A stretch of DNA of 64,000 bases from the human T2T-CHM13v2.0 reference genome, Homo sapiens: assembly GCF_009914755.1 (NCBI RefSeq), contig NC_060929.1, one strand, 5' to 3'. The position numbers and the translations under genes were made by a program. Positions 12,779 to 26,422 of the stretch are shown here, in pieces. Position 1 is the stretch's first letter. Every line of letters starts with the position of its first letter. Below the pieces are notes generated by a model. That model made no database searches, was not told the origin of the DNA, and saw only the letters and a list, made by a program, of their open reading frames with translations.

Positions 12779-14457
12779 AACCAATAATTTCCAGCTGAAT
12801 GCCCCTGGATATATTAACTTTATGTATCTTTAAAAAACACAGACTCATAAATTTAAAAAATACAATATTATAAATGTAATGAAATTTATATCCCATAAAA
12901 TAAATGATTAAGTTTCCATTGAAGTTATTGTCTTAAAGAAGACTAATCATGTCCTTCTCTAATTTATCTTCCAACTTTTGCATTGCGTACAGAATAGTTT
13001 CCAAACCACATAGCTTGTATTACATGGCCATTTACAATATGGATCCCAACTACATCTTTCGTCACTCTACTGCAGCTATTCTACACTCTTATCACAGTGC
13101 AAAGTTAATTATTCACCCGCCAAGCTCTTCTTTGGTGAATATTTATCCTATTTATAAGGTAAGCTAAGAAAGCAAACTCTGCAACTATACTTATTGGCAA
13201 CTATACACATTAATAGCTTTTGTAGTTTTATAATTTTATATCTGTTTAAATATGTCTTATGTGTATTTCCTCCTTTCATTAATTAAAACATATGTTCAAA
13301 AATCTATAATCATATAATTTACTTCAAGATATGCACTTAGGTACCCTTGGATCATTTATTCTTAAAACTAAATATTTCAGTCGTATATCATTTATCAGCC
13401 TTTTTAGCCCTTCAAAAAGGGCTAAAATCATTATTATGGTTTCCACTGTGCTCCTTCCAAGTTCCCTTCAGCAGAAAATGGTGATGTATTGTATAAAGAT
13501 GTTTATAACATTTGTCAAGCCTTCATTATAAAAAGTAGTCTAACAAAGCAATGATGTCGTCTACCTTCCTGTTTATGCATGAATATGTATTATGTTTGCA
13601 TTTTAACAGTGGCAGCCCATGACTGATTTGTGGCCACTGATGAGTCATTTTCTTGACTAATTACATTAGGTCTGTTTATGATATGAACAATAAAACTATG
13701 ATGGATAGCTGAATTCTACAATTTAAGTGCAGATGTTAAGAGTTTGCTTTCAGCCTATTGAAAGAAGTAACCAGATAGTAATTTCACTATGCTGTCTTTT
13801 TACACTATTGCCTTCTAAATGTTCAGATGCACTGAAAAATGTTGCTTTTTTTGTATGACCAGTTTAGTTAAATTTCAATCAATCAAATGAAAATTTGAGT
13901 ATAAAAGGCTCTCTTTCCAGAGACTTCCATATTACAAAATGAAAATATAACTTAAGTCATAATGTTGTCCTTGTTATTTTCTGTTTGAGTAGCTCTTCCC
14001 ACCTCTGCCACCAATAGTCAGTGTCTGTACCATCAACATACATATTCTAAATGATTATTGACACTGGAGGAGTCACATGGCTCAAGGAGGTCCAACCTGC
14101 TCTCTTATGTAACCCCAGGCCAGTCAATATAGAGAGCTCAGTTTTCTCTTAATTAATGAGCCTCAGCTTTCATGATGATGTTGTTGCTCTTTAGTTCCTA
14201 TGAATTTAGGTGCCTTGACTTTGTCTTGAGTTTCATTTTCTGAAAGAAAATGATTCAGGTTCCTTATTATCACTGGTGAGAATCACGCAGTTGGAAGATC
14301 TACATTGAGAAACCAACTATCCCATGAATGTATTTGATGCTGTTATTATACAAGTTGCTTACAATTCTACGGTAAACTTTTTCTTATCAATATAATAAGT
14401 ATAAATTACCTCTTTGTATAGCAGAAGTGTTATGTGTTTTGAAAAATAATATACATA

Positions 14458-14764
<307 letters not shown>

Positions 14765-14885
14765 TTAGTTTAAAATTTTATGTAAATGTAAAATGGTGCT
14801 GGGATTTCACTCCCTCTTCAATAAGTGTCCTCTGCTGGTTACTCTTTTCCAGAAACCAATTTCAGAAATCTTCAAGGAAGTCTGA

Positions 14886-15180
14886 AGCCAGGCACGGTGG
14901 CTCACACCTGTAATCCCAGCACTTTGGGAGGCTGAGGCTGGTGGATCACCTGAGGTCAGGAGTTCGAGACCAACCTGACCAAAATGGTGAAACCCTGTCT
15001 CTACTAAAAATAGAAAACTTAGCCAGGTGTGGTGGCATGCACCTGTAGTCCCAGCTACTTGGGAGGCTGAGACAGAAGAAATGCTTGAACCTCGGAGGAG
15101 GAGGTTGCAGTGAGTGAGATTGCGCCACTTCACTCCAGCCTAGGTGACAGGGCGAGACTGTCTCAAAAAAAAAAAAAAAA
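14886..15180 (+). mobile_element. Alu (AluS-type)
   Basis: Full dimer with poly(A) tail. Confidence 0.95.
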
Positions 15181-15624
15181 TTTCAATAATTCTGGAAGAA
15201 TAGTAGATTGCAAAAAAATGACTGTTGTTAACAACCAAATAGCCAGGCTCATTTGAACAGCTTGGACACCTTTACATATCAGAAACTTACATAAAATCAT
15301 ATTAAAATAAAAGAAAACATGCCAATGCTGTGTCTTTATAAGACATTTCAATTTTAAGATGTTTGCTATTTTAATGTTTTCATAATTTATCATTAACCTC
15401 AACATTTAAGTGGATGGAGTTTTATGTGAAGTCATGGCCATCAAGCATCTATTACAGATGGTGCCATCTAAAGAATATTAGTGCTCACCCTCCCTAACTC
15501 CTGACTAGGTGATGTAAAATTAGACTCTACTCTCACTCAATCCCAGTTTGTTCCCTTCAGTCCCCATGACCTAGAGATGCCTACTTAATATCTATTCTCT
15601 GCTTCCCGAAACTTTTCAGGATCT

Positions 15625-16040
15625 CTATATTGTTGGATGCAGCAATGTGCTCATCTAAAAAATTGCATTTCTCTAGCTGCCCTTGCTTATGAATGTGGCC
15701 ACTGATATGTTAGAAGAAGCTGTTGTGCGAGCTTTGGGGAAAACTCCTTAAGAAATCTGGAACTGGTAGGGGATCTTTCACTTTTCACCATGTTCTTATC
15801 CGGACTTCAGTAATGATAGTGGAAATCCAATAACCATCTTGTGAGCATGAGGTAAATTTGAGGATGGAAGCCACACATTACAGATGATAGAGCAAAAAGA
15901 TGTTAGCAACCTGGGTCCTGATAACTTTATGGAGCCACCATAGCAATTCATGTTATGTGAGAAAAAGAGATGTTCTGAAATCAAGTTTAAGCCACTATTA
16001 TTTTTGAAGTATCTACAACAAGAGCTCAATACAATTCCTA
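15625..16040 (+). mobile_element. MaLR LTR (MLT1J-like)
   Basis: gcatttctctagctgcccttgc...ccatcttgtgagcatgagg...gatagagcaaaaaga...tttaagccactatta. Confidence 0.65.
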
Positions 16041-16128
16041 GCATTTATTACCCTTCCTAAAATAGGCATATAAAATTGTATCTTTCTTTCCCATAATCAG
16101 AAAATAGCAATAACATACATATATACAC

Positions 16129-16566
<438 letters not shown>

Positions 16567-17255
16567 TTCTATACCAGTATATGTATATATCTGCTAGTTA
16601 CATGCAAACAAATGAGTCTGTGATAACAATATTGAGAAGTTGGGCAATCTATATATTTTTACTATGACTATTACTTAACATCTACAGATCTGATAATATT
16701 TGTTATAAAATACTTTTCTTTCAAACCTTGAAATGGATTCATCTAAGTGCCAAGAAAAAAATAAGTATCTAAAAATGTCTTCTCTGGAGATTTATGCTGG
16801 GAAGTGTCAGAACAATGGGCAAAGTACAACTGAGAGGGCTCAGTGAGGCTCAGTCACTGCCAGGCCCCAAGTGTTCCAGAAGATTAGCACTGTCGTAAGC
16901 GTAATTATGATAGATGATGATTAGGTGCTATCTTTGGTTGTTTTTTCTGGCTTTCTTTGACATGCTTGTCTTAATTAAATCCAAACTAGAATGAAAAATA
17001 AGAAAATCTGCCATTTAACCTACTGTATAAAAAGCCAAAATTACACATCAGCTCATATTTATTCATCTTTAACAAGAAAAGCAATGCCATTGGAGATTAA
17101 TCAAGTGTTGTTGTTTTTATTTAACTCTTATATCTTTTAGATTTATGTTTACTAGAAGCCATGGATGTGAAAGTATGTAAAATTATAAGACTCTGGGAAG
17201 ACAGACTGAGAATAGAGGTATGGATTGGGGGAGGGCGACACTTCCTAACACATAT

Positions 17256-17460
17256 TATGCATATAAAAAATATGTGGTAGAAAAGATACCATAATGGTCA
17301 AAATACAGATATCATGTTCTTGTTTCTATGTTCTTGTGCTTTTCAATATAATAAACATGAATCTCTTTTGTAATAAGAAGATAAAATTGTTGAAGGAACA
17401 TACCTGGCACTTTGGATTTATAATTCTTACACTGTAATAACTGCATTATCTTATTTTATC
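17256..17460 (+). repeat. Local direct duplication, copy 2 (no Alu)
   Basis: Aligns with 16129-16566 and carries a single ttcttgtgcttttcaa site. Confidence 0.9.
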
Positions 17461-17559
17461 CTCAGTTAATAAAACCCAGAATACTAGTCATCATCATCAT
17501 AGTCCTTTATATACATTGTGCTACTTTTAAAACTGTCTATACATTTTTTAATATTCCTG

Positions 17560-17995
17560 GCTTCAATAGGAACACTTAATTTCTCTAGCCTGGAGTATGT
17601 GTTAGACCTAGTGACTTCTAACAAATAGAATATGTCTGAAATATGTGTCCCTTCTGAGTTTTGATTATTTCTGTCTGTTTCTCTCTCATCATTCACCACA
17701 GGAGAAATAATCTGCCATGTTGTTAGCTCCCCTGTGAGGAGACCCATGTGATGAGGAACTGAGGCCTGACAACAGTCAGAAGAGTGGGCTTGGAAGTGGA
17801 TCCTTAAGCTCCAAACCTTGAGATGATCCCATTTCTGGCCAACATCTTGACAGAAATCTGATGCAAGACCCTGAGCCAGAACCACCCAGTTTAGCTGTAC
17901 CCTGATCCTTGACCCTGAGGAATTGTGAGATAAATGTTTTCTCTCTCAAGCTTCTAAACTTTGGGGTAATTTATTATGCAACAATGAATAACTTA
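17560..17995 (+). mobile_element. MaLR LTR (MLT1F-like)
   Basis: gacctagtgacttctaacaaatagaat...gaggaactgaggcc...gaccctgagccagaaccacccag...ttggggtaatttattatgcaacaat. Confidence 0.8.
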
Positions 17996-18085
17996 TATAT
18001 ATATATATATATATATATGTCATATATTATATATGTATATAAAATGTATGATGGATAACATATATATGTGCCGCTATATATATAT
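17994..18085. repeat. (TA)n microsatellite / low complexity
   Basis: Visible TA dinucleotide run. Confidence 0.9.
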
Positions 18086-18754
18086 GTTACCCCCCATTGT
18101 TGTATAATAAGTATACACATATACACCCACACACACAATTATTATCTAAAACCAAATGTGGAATTCTGGGGTAAAACGAAAGAAAGCTTAAAATTTCCCC
18201 AATCTCTACTACCTCCAAAATCTACAAATTTACCCCAAATGAGTAAATACTAAAAGCTATGCCAAACAAAGCAGCTATTGAGTGAAGGAGGAGGTTCATC
18301 ATCAGTCCATAGTGTACTGCAAGAAGAGGAGACTAAAGAATTCAGAAATCAACCATGACCTTTACTCTGAGATTTCTGTCTTCCTCAAATCAGCAGGTAG
18401 GAATACAGGGATAAAGTGAATGGACACAATTCTGAGAAAAACTCTAACTCTCACCATTCAGTTATGAGCCATAAGTGCCTCTCCAAACTCGGAGGGATGA
18501 AAAGAATTTGTAAAGACCTATGGCTTACGCTCATATATTTGAGTATATATTGTCTATCATGGTTTTTGTTTTCTATTCATCTTGCTAATCTATATTTTTT
18601 CATACATTCCTTGGCTTTTAAATTATTATTTTCATTTTCCTCCCTCTATTTTGAAAATTAAGATATATTTTATTCATAAAGTGACTACATTAATAATTTC
18701 TACAAGCATTGTTTAAGTATATATTAGGAATATCTCTATCCTCTTCCAGAGTTT

Positions 18755-18928
18755 AGACCAATGATTCTCAAATTTAATATCCATACAAAACGCTGAAAGA
18801 ATTTGTTAGACTTCTGACTCTGATTTAGTAGGTCTGGGGTAGACCTGAGAGACTGAATTCTAGTTACCTCACAGGCGAATCTGACTCTCCTGCTCCGTGG
18901 AATAGAGTTTAAGAAACAAGGCTTTAGA
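18755..18928. mobile_element. MER5-family (hAT-Charlie) MITE
   Basis: caatgattctcaaattt...ctgatttagtaggtctggggtagacctgaga...gtttaagaaacaagg. Confidence 0.7.
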
Positions 18929-19249
18929 GCCCCATAATTCCTTTCATCCTTCATTCTAACTAAAATTTCCAATTTACTATTGTTTATTTGATTTCTGACT
19001 TTCATCTCTTTAACCAGTCTAGCCATTACTCTTATTACTTTATAAGTCAAGTTTGATTTGTAGCTTTTCTCTATCTCCATTCTTCACTCTTTGTGCCTCG
19101 TACAGTTCTTTGGGGGTCATTTTTCTTTCTGCTTTATATTATGATCTGCTAGTAATAAACTTCAATTTAAGTATATCAGAAAATACCTTTATTTTGCTTT
19201 TCTTCTTGTTTAACTGTTGTATGCATTTTTTAAAAATAAGAGTATTTTC

Positions 19250-19362
19250 CAGGAGGCTGACAGAGCAGCCTCCAGCTTAAGCCCAGGAGTTCAAAGCTTC
19301 AGTGAGACAATTGTGCCGCCTACTCCAGCCTGGGTGACAGAAGACCCCCGTCTCCTAAAAAT
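19250..19362 (+). mobile_element. Old Alu monomer fragment (FRAM/AluJ right arm)
   Basis: aggaggctga...gcccaggagttcaaagcttcagtgag...actccagcctgggtgacag. Confidence 0.75.
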
Positions 19363-19399
19363 ATATATATATTTTCCTATATAGCCAAAATATTTTCAT

Positions 19400-20010
19400 C
19401 TCACTTAAAATAATTTTTAATATATTATCATCCCTTTTTCAAGTTTTTCTAATAGTCTCAAAATGTCCAAAACAAGAGACAGAAACACCACCATGAATTT
19501 AATTTACTGCTTCTTTATCTTAAGGACTATTGTATAGTCAAGTTTTTCCTCATGCAAGTAAAAAAAAAAAATAGATTTCTGTGTTATGACATTGGTGCTA
19601 CACAAATATCCAGTTTCTGTCAAACTTTTCATCTTACGGTTTCAACACCAATTGATAATTGTTACTACAATCTATAGTCATCAGGATTTGTAAAAATTGA
19701 TTATTCCTCCTACTTATGTTATAGAATTATCTAGCTTTCTCTTATTAAACAAAGCTACTTAGTACCCTAAAATATAGTTGCTATTTAAATGAAGAATAAA
19801 TTCTTTATTCCTTCTCTTAAATTACCAAATTTCAAAGGAAAGTTGATTTAATAGTTTTGTTTAATAGAGATGATTCTTTTTTCATTGACTATCGTCATGA
19901 ACCCAACCATTTTCATAAGCTATATTGTAATGATTTACTATCATTACTCTTTGTTGAAGCCCAAATGGTTACAATTACCAGAAAGAGTCTCTTTAAGTTG
20001 GCACCTATCC
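19400..20010 (-). mobile_element. Old L1 (L1MC-like) 3' remnant
   Basis: T-rich plus strand; tcattactctttgttgaagcccaaatggttacaattaccagaaagagtctctttaagttggc resembles antisense L1MC 3' region. Confidence 0.45.
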
Positions 20011-23000
20011 TAGCCCAAAGTGAATGTCCTCATGCCCACCCTCAAGCAATAGATTAAATACAAACCAGCAATATCTAGCCCTCAAAGTGAAGCTCTTAGG
20101 GAAAGATAAGATGTTTCAAACAAGCTGCTAGTAAGTTTAAAAATATCTTCAAAATGTGTAATGAAGAGAATAGTACAAGGTTCCGAATAGTATTATCCAT
20201 GTCCTCTGATTTCTGTTAAAGAGATTTTTACTCATTCATTTATTCACATAATGAAGATGCATTAAATTCTTGCTAAATTCAGGGAAGATACCCTGCCACT
20301 TGCTAAGAAGACAACTTAGCTCAAAGCATATATACATTTTCCTCCTCTATGCTGCTGTGGTGAAGGATTCCTAATCAAATAACTTCATTAACAAATGTAA
20401 GCTTATCACTTTAATAGGTTTTTTAAAGAAACGAATGACAGGTTTTGAGAATGTGATCCTCTATCTGGGAATAGATAACATTGGGGGAGGAGTGGGTTAA
20501 TGTTATAGGCAAAAATAATCCAGGTAATGGAAGATGAAGATATTTCAAATAAATAAATTTCAGCAAAGGTCCATGCTATTGAAAAAAGCCATGTGAAATG
20601 GTACTGAAAATATACATTGAATTTAGGAAAGCATAGGCCATTGGTGAGCAATGTGAAAGCTCGTGAATGTTATTTTGGTATGGGATAAAGCCATTTATTT
20701 ATATATAAATCAAAATCTGTGGAACTACACACTATAACTTTTCAATAAACTTATAATAAAAGTTTACAGTAGAGAATCATGTTCAGAGTTGGGGAAGAGA
20801 AAAAGTAAATTATTATTTTCCATAGTGTTGTGGTTATTTTCATGCAATGTAATATTTTAAATTCAAAGAAGGAATTTTCCTAAAACTTCTTTAGAATTCT
20901 TAAATTTAGTTGTTTTAAGAGTATTATGTGTAAGAAAAAGCATTTGTATAATCTAAGTTTTATAATTTCATGATGCTATCCATGTGTACAGAAAGATATA
21001 TGATCACTGTGCTGGTAAACTAAGATTCCTTGAATAAATATTAATATTTTTAAAGACTCCTTTAAACCAGTAATAGGAACTCTGAACTCCTGAGTCCTGG
21101 GGTTTTGATTTTGTCACAGAATTTTCTTTCTTAAAAGGCAGTATGGCAAGTATGAGAATGTTACACTTTCATTGCATCCAGTCTTTTTTTATCCTATTGT
21201 GAAGAAGTGTCCTGTAATTCCAGATGAAGCTCAGTTTTTATATCAGCCATTTTTTAAGAAAGAGAACTATACTCTGGATCCTCGAGTGAAAGTGTTAGGC
21301 TTAAGTAATTTAGTCTTTTTTTTCTCCTAAATGTGCTTGCTTCATTAGGTTTCAGAAGAAACTACCTTAATGAAGAAACAGAAGGGAAAGACGTGAAAAC
21401 CTCCAGAGTTCTTCAGAAAGGCTTCCTTTGCATAGAATCGTTCATCAATTTCAACAGTAACAGAAAGTAACGGAAACGTGATCTGAATGAGTAGCTGAAA
21501 ATTGAGTAGTAACTTAACACTCCATTGAAGTTTTTCATCAGATATGGGGCACAGCTTGACCCTCGTATTATAAATATTTAAATGCTTTGGATATTTTGCC
21601 AAAGTTTAAGCATTTCTTCCCAAAGGAACAGTGGTGATATAATGTGAGTCATGCTAAAGTACTTAACCATCAGTGGGCAGATTTTGTGGCATGAATTTTT
21701 GTAATGATTTTAAGTAAGACCCGGTATATTCACAAATATCCAAAACTTTATTTAGAACTGTATGGGAAGCTATTCTATCTAAAAGCTCATTCTTATTAAA
21801 AGTATTTTTTCAGGAAATAAAATGATGTTAAACCTGGAAGTCTCCAGCAAAGAGACTGATTTTTTTTTAGATGCTCCCAACTCAGTAAATTTTGCTTTCC
21901 TATTTTCTTATTTTTGTACGTATGCCACTGATGTCTAGCTTATACACTTCTGTTATATTTACAGCTGTTTACAACCATTGAACCAAAAGTTCTATACCTG
22001 TTGAATGTCTAAAAGTAGAGAAAATTAATTGAAAAGCAATAGGTTAAGAATCAACCTGTGGTCCCAAGAAAAAGAAGTAAAATCCTATAAAATTCTTAAA
22101 GCATTTCCTCTATAAATATTTGAAAGTTATTTAATCTTTTGGTCTTTATAGTGCCTGGATTGACATTCTGCATTAACTATGGAATCATTTTTATAAGGAA
22201 TATTTTGTGATTTGTATAAGAAAAAGTATTTCTCAATGGCATAGGAAGAGCTTTGCTAACTCTTAGAAGAAAGAGGGAAGAGAAGAGGGAAGGAAACAAG
22301 TAAAACGAACTGGTGGTACATCGTGTATTAAGAGATAATACAAGGATATCATACTATAATGTTTTCAGACAAAAATTATGGACAGGCTAATTCGTGAAAT
22401 AAGATGAAGACCTAAAAGGTAGCAATGATCCTATACACTATACTCTGTAACAGTTGTTTTCAAACTGCTTTTTAAACATAAAAACAATTTTAAATCCACT
22501 ATTTTAGCACATTCTGGTCTTATATAGTAATTACATGGCTATATTTTTCCAGTGTGACATATTTAAAATACATATCATTAAATTTCTGGTTAATCTTAAA
22601 CATGGAAATAAAGTACGAAATTTCTAGTTGTTGAAGTATGTTTAAAATAAAATATATTAAAATATCAATATTTCAGTCAATAATTTAAAGTAAATGGGGG
22701 TATATTTGTGTACGTACATATATGCATATATGTGTGAATGCACAGAAATACAAACATGTCTATATAAGGATCTATACTGCTCTAAATTTTTAAAACACAG
22801 AAGAAAAAAAAACTAAGATGTATTTTTATGACTTTTTAGTCAACTATAGGGAATTCTTCAATTGTCCAGAACTCCTTCCTCTTTTTAAGGCCAAAGGATC
22901 ATTACCTTCTTTTATCCACATTAAAAAAGAAAATCAACTTAATCTCTAAATGAATATTAAATTGATTTCCTCTTAAAGCTGACATCTGTTTAACATAAGC

Positions 23001-23216
23001 TAATTCCAGAGGGCTAAAAGAATTATAAGCCAAAAATGAAACCCTAAGTCTCCCCAGGTGGCTGAACAGACTCGCTCTGTGCCAAGGGAACCTCAGAGAA
23101 ACCTGAAAAACTGAATTCCTACCCATGACTAGAAGGGACATCAGACATGCCTCATTATATCCCATTCCTTTGGAGTTAGTACAAAATTGACCAACATTAA
23201 CATTAAAACAGAGGTC

Positions 23217-23508
23217 GGCTGGGCGCAGTGGCTCATGCCCGTAATCCCAGCATTTTGAGAGGCCGAGGCTGGCGGATCACGAGGTCAGGAGATCCTGGAT
23301 AACACGGTGAAACCCCGTCTTAACTAAAAACTCAAAAAATTAGCCGGGCGTGGTGGCAGGTGCCTGTAGTCCCAGCTACTCGGAGGGCTGAGGCAGGAGA
23401 ATGGCGTGAACCCGGGAGGCGGAGCTTGCATGAGCCGAGATCACGCCACTGCACTCTAGCCTGGGTGTCAGAGCGAGACTCCATCTCAAAAAAACAACAA
23501 CAAAAAAA
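23217..23508 (+). mobile_element. AluY
   Basis: Y-type gaatggcgtgaacccgggaggcggagcttgca; small internal deletion near 23293. Confidence 0.92.
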
Positions 23509-23718
23509 CCGTACGACTGACCGAACAAACTCGAGCTTGATGCTGGTATAGCTTCATGTGACAAATAGCATACTCTGAATAAATTTGAAATATTTTACCC
23601 CAAAATATTTCTTTGACATATTTTGAAATGGCCCTGGGAGAAATTTTTATCTGTACAGAATTACCATTCATGTAGCCAGACCTGTCATGGATCTAGGAGA
23701 GATTAAGAGTGTGATACC

Positions 23719-24009
23719 GGCGGGGGAAAGGGGCTTATCTCAGCACTTTGGGAGACTGAGGTGGGGGAATCACCAGGTCAGGAGTTCGAGACCAGCCTGA
23801 CCAACATGGTGAAACCCTGTCTTTACAAAAAATACAAAAAATTAGCTAAGTGTGGTGGCAGGTACCTGTAATCCCAGCTACTTGGGAGGCTGAGGCAGGA
23901 GATTGCTTGAACCTGAGAGGTGGAGATTGCAGTGAGCCAAGATCGCGCCACTGCACTCCAGCCCAGGCGACAGTGCAAGACTCAGTCTCAAAAATAAATA
24001 AATAAAAAA
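23719..24009 (+). mobile_element. Alu (AluS-type) with atypical 5' end
   Basis: 15-bp TSD taagagtgtgatacc at 23704-23718 and 24010-24024. Confidence 0.92.
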
Positions 24010-25759
24010 TAAGAGTGTGATACCTTTTAAGGTGTGAAAATAGACATTTGCCATCTATTATCTCTAAAGGCTCTCTCTTCTCTCTAAAGCCTACAACCTA
24101 GAGGCTTCATCTACATAACAAAGATCTTAGCTTCCACAACCCCCCTTATCTTAGCTCAGGCATTTCTTTCTATGACTTCAAGTCTTTAGACAAAGCTTAA
24201 CTGTCAACCAATTGCCGATGAGAAAATCTTTGAATCCACGTATAACCTGTAGGCCCCCACTTTGAGATGTCCTGCTTTTCTGGGCTAAACCAATGCGTAT
24301 CTTACATGTATTGATTTATATCTTTGCCTATCACTCCTATCTCCCTAAAATGTATAGAATCAAACTGTAATCCAACTGCCTCAGGCACACTTTCTCAGGA
24401 CCTCTTGAGATCACTCATATTGGCTCAGAATAAGCCTCTTTAAATATTTTAGAGTTTGTCAACAAAATTAAAAGAGCAAAGAACTGTATGTGTGGTAAGA
24501 AATCTCTTCCCTGTTTTTCTATATTTTTGAATTGACTTCTCCAAGTATGTTGCAGAGTACCTGTCCCATATGTAAAGCCACGATGGTTAGCAGTAGCTCT
24601 AACGTACTGCTATGACCCAGGGTCATCCAAGTGTCTCAATTTTTATTTTCTTAGCTTTTTAAAATTGTTACCTACTGCATTCCAGAGTGTTCTTAGAGTT
24701 AACTCACAGAAATAAGCATTTAAAAATTTCCCATGCATTATCATGGCTCAAGATATTATCATAAATCTTTTTGCCTTATTATTATTGTATTGTCTTACAT
24801 ATCCTTACTTCCCTATTTACTCCTGGAGTTTGAGTAAACTCCAGGTTCCAAAGTTGTTATTATCCCTCTACTGTCACAAAATCAGAGTGTCCAATTCTAG
24901 TTGCTGTAACTTCACCTATTTTCCAGATATCACCACAAACAGATCTTTTGTCCAGAAGGAACAGGTATAGAGAAACAGAGGCACTTCTATAAAATAGATA
25001 ACCGTATTATCCCATTTTGTCACAAATCAGCCACATGTAGCCACTTGGTGTGCAGCAGTCTCAACTAAGTTGTCATTGTACTTATCATCTAGAAGCATGT
25101 CAGTCCAACATGAGAAGCCAGGTAACCAAACCAGAATTAAATTTAAATTCCTTAGGTACTCTTTTGGCCAGACTACCATCTGGAGATTGTACCAACCAAC
25201 TGGGTCTGGGGTTGCTGTTAGGGGAAAGAGAAAATCATCATATCCAGAAATAGATCAGAATCTTGAACATCCCAAATAAATTAATAAAACCCTCATTTCT
25301 TCCTGATTTTTTTTTTAGCCAGGAAGTGGCCAGAGGAGATTATCCCTTTTTATAAACAGCCACATTAAGTAAACAAACTGCTTTATGAAACTATGAGGAT
25401 CAGTAGAAAGTGAGAGAGGTAGAGTCAGAAATCTTTTTGAGTTGATATTTAAAACCTGTTCCAATGTTCAAGAATCCCAGATACCAGTAGGTGGTAGAGG
25501 AGAATGGGGAATCCACTGAATGATTTGACGGCCAGGCCATTGTTGAGCTGCCTTTGCAGTAAAACACGCATTATTAAAGCAAAAGGTCAAGAAAGCCAAA
25601 AATATGACACAAGATTAGCTTCAAGAACCTCAATGCTGTGTCTGCAGTTAGCTGATTAGACAGGAACAGGAACAGCAATGTTGTTGCCTAAAACTGGGGT
25701 CAACACTGGTGAGACAACGCAGCAAACCTCTATCCAGCAAGGTTCTGAAGATTCACCTG

Positions 25760-25845
25760 GTTTCTGCCCACAGTGGTTGTGAATTTACCTCCTTTATCAC
25801 TGCAAAGAGGAGAAGGTAAATTCACAACCACTATGGGCAAAAAAC
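25760..25845 (-). ncRNA. MIR4460: Pre-miRNA hairpin, probably hsa-mir-4460 (mature 5p arm about 25813-25834)
   Basis: Long near-perfect stem seen directly; plus-strand C/A mismatches become G-U pairs on the minus strand; minus 5' arm reads AUAGUGGUUGUGAAUUUACCUU, matching miR-4460 as I recall it (not database-verified). Confidence 0.85.
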
Positions 25846-26034
25846 AGTGCCTCTCTGTGAGAGTTGTCTGTTAATTCTTATCAAGGTGAATCAGAAGAGA
25901 TGACAACATTCGTTTGTTTATCTCTTCTTCATAGTGTCATGGTACCTTTGACATTATTCAGTGTCTTAAACCAGAGAATGTCTAATGTTGGAATTTTAAG
26001 TAGGGCAGAAAATCTACATATTTGCTCTACCAAG

Positions 26035-26422
26035 TGTATTAGTCTGTTCTCACACTGCTATAAAGAACTGCTTGAGACTGGGTAATTTATAAAGAAAAGA
26101 GGTTTGACTCACAGTTCCACATGGCTAGGGAGGCCTCAGGAAGTTTGCAATCATGGCAGAAGGGGAAGCAGGCACGTCTTACATGCCAGCAGGTAAGAGA
26201 ACATGTGAACCAAGCAAAGGGGGAAGAGCCCCTTACAAAACCGTCATACCTTGTCATACCTTGTGAGAACTTACTATCATGAGAAGGGCATGGGGGAAAC
26301 TGACGCCGACCTCCCCCACCCCACCCATGATCCAAACACCTCCCACCACGTCCCTCCCTCAACACCTGGGGATTACAATTAGAGATGAGATTTGGGTAGG
26401 GGCACAAAGCCAAACTGTATCA
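26035..26422 (-). mobile_element. MaLR solo LTR (THE1D/MSTA-like)
   Basis: tgtattagtctgttctcacactgctataaag...gagatgagatttgggtaggggcacaaagccaaactgtatca. Confidence 0.9.

Larger units (their letters stand above)
23024..24464 (+). mobile_element. MER4-family ERV1 solo LTR interrupted by two Alus
   Basis: Starts tataagccaaaaatgaaaccctaag, contains gacatgcctcattata and ccaacattaacattaaaacagag, ends ctcatattggctcagaataagcctctttaaatattttagagtttgtcaaca. Confidence 0.8.

Noticed and set aside
21109-21330. ~73-codon stop-free plus-strand frame
   Set aside because: No ATG start and no recognisable motif; frames of this length are expected by chance across six frames of 64 kb.
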